Shown piece after piece: positions 59,163-64,000 of a stretch of DNA of 64,000 bases. Numbering within the stretch: the first letter of the stretch is position 1; each line of letters opens with the position of its first letter. The notes under the pieces are model-generated. The model searched no databases, had not been told where the DNA came from, and worked only from the letters and a program-made list of their open reading frames with translations. The stretch lies in the NCBI GenBank assembly GCA_024975835.1, contig GCA_024975835.1_4840.1; one strand, given 5' to 3'. The stretch comes from a phage. The position numbers were made by a program, and so were the translations under genes.

Positions 59163-61241
59163 ATGAACGAAATGTTCTCACAAGGTGGTAAGGGTTCAAC
59201 TGGAATCTTAACCAACAAACAAGCAGTAGCTCGTCACTTTGGGGTTAAACAATCTGAGGTTGTTTACTTCTCAGTGGGTGCTGTACTAAGCGGTTATAAA
59301 GTTATCTATGACAAAGTGTCACAGCGTGCTTATTCCTTACCTGCCGACATTGGTTCAGGGGTTACTGCTGTAAGCCTTAGTCCTGCTGGGGTATTAGTTC
59401 ACTCTGACGGTAATGTTGACTTGGGTGCACTAGCCGTTACCCGCGAAGAGTATGTAACCCTACCTGGCTCATTTACTACAGGCGTTACTGTTAATAGTAA
59501 AAATGAACTTGTTGTGAGTGTTGGTGTTAAATACCGTTGGGATGGTTCTCTACCTAAAGTAGTTCCTCCTGATTCTACTCCATTAAGCACTGGGGGAGTT
59601 GGCCCAGGGGCATGGATAGTAGAAGGTGTTGCTGGGTTGGAGCAACGTTTGGCTTCCTGGGAAGGTTCATCCATTATTGACTCTGGTAATCTGTCCCTTT
59701 ACAAAAAGAGTGGTGTATTTGGTGATGGTGGGGAAGTAACTGATAAGCAACAGGTTATTAAGCATACAGATGGATTTTGGTACAAGTATACTGGAACCCT
59801 GCCCGTTAGCTATGGCTCTGCCCCAGACTCTTCCTGGACTAATGTTGGTAAGTTAACCGGGTTTAATGAACACTCACCTGAGAACTTTGGGGCAATCCCG
59901 AACGATGCCAGCTTTGACTGTCTACCTGCTATAAAATTAGCTATAGCTACAGGCACATTAAACCTGGATGGTAATTCTACCTACCACGTAACTGATGAGG
60001 TTATCATACCCTCACATCTACGTGGGAATTTGAATGGGGCAACAATCAAAGCAATCGGTCCTACCTGGCCTGTATTAAAATCTGTTGTTCGTGTTAGTAA
60101 ATTTCCTATTGGAACCCCAACCGTTGATGTAGCTAATACTGAGAACCAGGTACGAGGGCTACGTTTAATTGGTAGTTTGAACATAGACTGTGCAGATATT
60201 GCATCGTATGGTTTTTACGCACGACTAATGTGTGCAGAATCCGAGATGGGTAGTATCTATTCTTACAATGCTAATAAGTATGGCATTGTAATGTTCGCTT
60301 GCTGGTATTTTCAGATGGGCGTGCTTCATGCAAACAATTGTGCAAGGGGGATGGCTTTAGGTTACTCAACAGAAGGGGAGCAGGGCGATACTTACGTAAA
60401 CGCAACATACTTCCCACACATTAGTGCATGGGGTACTGATAAGTCTACGGGGCTAGGCTATGACCCAATCACCGACGATGCAAGTAAGTACACAATAGGT
60501 GCTGGTATTATTCTAGGCCGTGGTTTGTCCACTAGTGTTGGTGTGCTGTGCTCTGAGAATACATCCGGTGCTGGTGTGGTAACAATGGACCCTGCTGCGT
60601 GGGATATTGGAGTTATGTACTGTGAGGGCAACAGTAAAGACTTCACTCAGGAGGGTGAGCCGAAGGTATCATTGTTGTCATCTAAGGCTAACAGCGAGAG
60701 TCATACACTTACCATCTCTACACTTCACCTATCTGCTGGTTGTGGCATTTTAACCAGAAGTAAACAAGAACGGGTGTTGATCAGAAGTCTTTACCGTTTT
60801 GATAATTCAAAAACCTTCCACTCTTACTGCACAGAAGATACAATAGAGATTGGTAGTAGCAACTACTATGTACTTAATGGTCATAATTACAATGCACCTG
60901 CTGCACTTATTAAAGAACCTCTCAATGTGGATTTTGTGCGATCAGGGCTGACCTTGAGTGAGTGGACACCTACCGTTATTGGTTACTTTCCTGGCAGCAC
61001 GTCAGAACAACAGCTTTATGTTAAGCTGCCTGTAAGCCCTAGTGGGCTAGATCTACAGATTGCTAGTGAAGATGGTACAGAATACATCACTGTAACTGGC
61101 ACAGATTTTAAAGCCTCTTTAACCAAGAAAAGGCTGCCCAGTAAGGTGTATGAGATAAAGATTGGGTCTGTCTCAACAGTAGCTGTTACTGATTGCTCCA
61201 TTTTAATCAGAAGTAAAAAAGGAGATTGGTACTACTGGTAA
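59163..61241 (+). CDS. tailspike protein 4
   Basis: N-terminal module (VARHFGVKQSEVVYFSVGAVLSGYKVIYDK...KYRWDGSLPK) highly similar to tailspikes 1 and 2; distinct C-terminal body. Confidence 0.6.
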   Translation: MNEMFSQGGKGSTGILTNKQAVARHFGVKQSEVVYFSVGAVLSGYKVIYDKVSQRAYSLPADIGSGVTAVSLSPAGVLVHSDGNVDLGALAVTREEYVTLPGSFTTGVTVNSKNELVVSVGVKYRWDGSLPKVVPPDSTPLSTGGVGPGAWIVEGVAGLEQRLASWEGSSIIDSGNLSLYKKSGVFGDGGEVTDKQQVIKHTDGFWYKYTGTLPVSYGSAPDSSWTNVGKLTGFNEHSPENFGAIPNDASFDCLPAIKLAIATGTLNLDGNSTYHVTDEVIIPSHLRGNLNGATIKAIGPTWPVLKSVVRVSKFPIGTPTVDVANTENQVRGLRLIGSLNIDCADIASYGFYARLMCAESEMGSIYSYNANKYGIVMFACWYFQMGVLHANNCARGMALGYSTEGEQGDTYVNATYFPHISAWGTDKSTGLGYDPITDDASKYTIGAGIILGRGLSTSVGVLCSENTSGAGVVTMDPAAWDIGVMYCEGNSKDFTQEGEPKVSLLSSKANSESHTLTISTLHLSAGCGILTRSKQERVLIRSLYRFDNSKTFHSYCTEDTIEIGSSNYYVLNGHNYNAPAALIKEPLNVDFVRSGLTLSEWTPTVIGYFPGSTSEQQLYVKLPVSPSGLDLQIASEDGTEYITVTGTDFKASLTKKRLPSKVYEIKIGSVSTVAVTDCSILIRSKKGDWYYW

Positions 61242-61252
61242 TAGATAGGAAA

Positions 61253-61280
61253 AGCCCCCAGAATTGGGGGCTTATTTCTT
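61253..61280 (+). terminator. intrinsic terminator
   Basis: AGCCCCCA-GAAT-TGGGGGCT hairpin followed by TATTTCTTTC. Confidence 0.7.
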
Positions 61281-61303
61281 TCTATTCCTCGGTTGGTTGT
61301 ATA

Positions 61304-61310
61304 CTAAATA
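61304..61310 (+). promoter_or_regulatory. late-promoter-like CTAAATA motif
   Basis: 35 nt upstream of the ATG at 61345. Confidence 0.4.
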
Positions 61311-61344
61311 TCTCTATAATGGCACCTATCGATGGAGCATCAAA

Positions 61345-64000
61345 ATGCAAGAAATGAACCTCAACCGCCGCCCATATTGGGATGACTGGAATCCAGAGAA
61401 GCGTTTTTCGCGCATCCTATTCCGTCCGGCACCTATCAAAGTTCAGACGCGTGAACTGAACCAGATGCAGACCATCTTCCAGGATCAACTGGAGAAACTT
61501 GGCAACCATCTGTTCAAAGACGGTTCAATGGTTATCCCCGGCGGCCTAACGATCACCAACACTGCTGTGTCCATGAAGTTCACTCTGGCTGGTGGTAGTG
61601 AGTTCACTGATCTGGAAGGTATCTCCGAACTCTATGTTCTGGGCAAGGACAACAATGCGAAAGCACGCGTCCTGTCCTTGGAACGTTATCCGGCTGAGCC
61701 AGATACAATGTATGCCATCTTAGAGATGACTGAGAGTGGTAGTTCAGACGGTTTCGAAGCTGGCGACAATCTATACTTCAACACCTATGACGTGAACGAT
61801 AACTTCATCCGTGTCGGCTATGGTGTGGCCGATACTGTTGGTGGTTCGATTGTCGCTCGCATGACAAAGGGTGTTTATTTCGTTCGTGGTATGTTCCTGG
61901 ATGTTGAACCAACCACTTTGATCGTAGACAACGCATCGAACTCTACATCTCACCGCATTGGCTTCAAAGTTACAGAAACAATCGTGACTGAAGCAGAAGA
62001 TGAAAGTCTGTTCTCCAATGCTCAGGGTACTCCGAACTCTAAAGCCCCTGGTGCGCATCGCCTGCGCGTCGACCTCGTGTTGTCTCGCTACGGTTATGAT
62101 GAAGAAGTGGCCGACTTCGTTGAACTGGCGAAGGTGAAAGACGGTCGCATTCAGTCCATGGTCACCCAGTCAACGTACAACATCCTCGAAGACGCCATGG
62201 CTCAGCGTACCTATGAGACTAATGGTGACTACAACGTCTCTACTCACCAGATCGACCTGCGCGAACATCTGAAACAGAACAACAACGGCGGCGTTTACAC
62301 TCCGGCTGAAGGTGGTGATGAAAGCAAATTCGTGGCGGTTATGAAGCCAGGGATATCCTACGTTCGTGGTCGTCGTATCGAAAACCTCGGCGAAGAGCTG
62401 GTCATAATTGAAAAAGCCCGTGACACTGATATCCTGAACAACAACCCTGTGGCTGTTTCGACTGGCAACTATCTGGTGTCCAAGAACTCCAAAGGGGTTC
62501 CGGTTGTCTCCCGCACAATCCGCTACAAGTTCCTGAACGCATCTAGCGATGTGCAGGCCACCGCCCTGCTGATTTCGGCAGAGCGCTCCGGTACTGAATT
62601 CCGTCTGTATATGCGCGACCTGGTTGTGACTGGAGACATGGGTACGGTGACCAAAGTCGCTTATGAAGAAAGCGGTACAACGATGTTCTCTTGCGAACTG
62701 GAGTCCAATCAGTTCAGTCAGAGTTCGGCGATTGACCTGATCTTCCCTCTTCCTGTATTTGGTGTGAAGACCCTAGCACCTACAGGCACCATCGACATCA
62801 ACTACACTGTCCTGCGGTCAAACAAGATCACGTTGAACGCCGCTGGTGCAGGCTCAATCTCTGCTCCTCTGGGTTACAGCTTCAGCCCTGAGTTTTCACT
62901 GTACTCCGCAGCGAAAGCAGATGGCACTGCAGCTCAGTTTGATATCTCTTCGGGACTGTCCCTGGCTGGTACTCCGGTTGGTTCAGCACTGCAGATTTCC
63001 CTGGGCGCGGGGTACGCCAACCAGTCTATCAACCTGTTGGCATTGATGGTCCGCACCACAGCGACGATCAAGACCAAGACTGTTACCGAAGTCACCGAGA
63101 CTGTGACGTTTACTACGGCAGCCAGCGTACAACTTGGGAACCACGACGGATACAAGCTGGTCAGCGTGAAGAACGCAAATGGTGCTGACGTCACCTCGAA
63201 CTTCACTCTGGACGGCGGTCAGCGTGATGCTGCATACTACCTTTCTAACCTCGTATCGTCTACTGGATCCATCTCAGGCGTGTTCACAGTGGTGTACCAG
63301 TACTTCGCTCACAGTTCTGGTGATTTCTTCACAGCGGACTCCTATTCGTCCATCAACTACCCAGACATCCCGAACTATGTTTCATCCAGTTCTGGTACTG
63401 TGTATGGGTTGGCCGACAGCCTGGACTTCCGTCCTAAGATCACCAACGGAACGTCTGACACGGACATGGTTCGCCCGAACACCGCGATCATCCTAGATGC
63501 AGAGTACTATCTGCCTCGTATTGATGCCGTGTATCTGGCAGACAACGGCGTGTTCAACGTTGCTCGCGGTGTGAGTTCCAACAGCCTGGCTTCCCCTGCG
63601 ATCCCAGACAACGGCATGCGTCTGTACGAATTGATGATCCCACCATACACGGCCAACATTGACGACATCCAGATTCGCACTATCGACAACCGCCGCTACA
63701 CGATGCGCGATATCGGTAAACTGGAGACCCGTATCTCCAATGTCGAATATTACACCTCACTGTCTCAGCTGGAATCCTCGGCGATGGCGCAACAGGTGTT
63801 CGATCCAATTACTGGCAACCCGCGCTTCAAGAACGGTATCGCAGCAGACCCGTTCAAAGACTTCCGTCTGATCGACGATTTGTCTGCAGACTGGGTGGGT
63901 TCAATCGACACTGACAATGGTCGCCTGCGTCCGTTTGTTCAGCAGAACGCGATTGACCTGACGCCAGTCGGTTGGAACAACGTTCAGGATGGCATGGTTG
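61345..64000 (+). CDS. large virion structural protein (baseplate/tail-associated), 3' end beyond window
   Basis: I translated this frame codon by codon from ATG 61345 to position 63999: about 885 codons with no stop. Not in the ORF track because no stop falls inside the window. Confidence 0.6.
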   Translation, partial: MQEMNLNRRPYWDDWNPEKRFSRILFRPAPIKVQTRELNQMQTIFQDQLEKLGNHLFKDGSMVIPGGLTITNTAVSMKFTLAGGSEFTDLEGISELYVLGKDNNAKARVLSLERYPAEPDTMYAILEMTESGSSDGFEAGDNLYFNTYDVNDNFIRVGYGVADTVGGSIVARMTKGVYFVRGMFLDVEPTTLIVDNASNSTSHRIGFKVTETIVTEAEDESLFSNAQGTPNSKAPGAHRLRVDLVLSRYGYDEEVADFVELAKVKDGRIQSMVTQSTYNILEDAMAQRTYETNGDYNVSTHQIDLREHLKQNNNGGVYTPAEGGDESKFVAVMKPGISYVRGRRIENLGEELVIIEKARDTDILNNNPVAVSTGNYLVSKNSKGVPVVSRTIRYKFLNASSDVQATALLISAERSGTEFRLYMRDLVVTGDMGTVTKVAYEESGTTMFSCELESNQFSQSSAIDLIFPLPVFGVKTLAPTGTIDINYTVLRSNKITLNAAGAGSISAPLGYSFSPEFSLYSAAKADGTAAQFDISSGLSLAGTPVGSALQISLGAGYANQSINLLALMVRTTATIKTKTVTEVTETVTFTTAASVQLGNHDGYKLVSVKNANGADVTSNFTLDGGQRDAAYYLSNLVSSTGSISGVFTVVYQYFAHSSGDFFTADSYSSINYPDIPNYVSSSSGTVYGLADSLDFRPKITNGTSDTDMVRPNTAIILDAEYYLPRIDAVYLADNGVFNVARGVSSNSLASPAIPDNGMRLYELMIPPYTANIDDIQIRTIDNRRYTMRDIGKLETRISNVEYYTSLSQLESSAMAQQVFDPITGNPRFKNGIAADPFKDFRLIDDLSADWVGSIDTDNGRLRPFVQQNAIDLTPVGWNNVQDGMV

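Noticed and set aside
1-64000. CRISPR arrays, integrase/attachment sites, rRNA genes
   Set aside because: No spacer-repeat periodicity, no tyrosine or serine recombinase motif, and no rRNA-like sequence seen; the window appears to be from a strictly lytic phage.

Overview
This window is a gene-dense segment of a large lytic T4-superfamily myophage genome; no bacterial housekeeping genes are visible. All calls come from reading the sequence and the translated ORFs; no database search was run, so product names are motif-level inferences. Left part: C-terminal half of an ATP-dependent DNA ligase, a minus-strand late operon (tape-measure-like protein plus three structural proteins, 2.2-7.1 kb), a free-standing GIY-YIG homing endonuclease, then many small early-type genes including dCMP deaminase, a metallophosphatase, a DexA-like exonuclease, a macro-domain protein and the two topoisomerase II subunits. 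Middle: rIIA/rIIB-like genes, membrane proteins, and a T4 gp43-like family-B DNA polymerase flanked by a P-loop kinase, a HAD phosphatase and a PLP-dependent enzyme, which I read as candidate thymidine-hypermodification machinery. A minus-strand tRNA cluster (Ser, Tyr, Asn, Met) is followed by about 1.4 kb of ORF-poor, hairpin-rich DNA. Right part (46.9-64 kb): a plus-strand late module with a baseplate-J-like protein, a fibre protein with tandem repeats, four paralogous tailspikes sharing a conserved anchor module, and a large structural ORF that runs off the window end and is absent from the supplied ORF track. A CTAAATA motif sits 33-41 nt upstream of most structural gene starts. The combination of a T4-like replication core with a multi-tailspike array resembles Ackermannviridae-type phages, but that is inference only.
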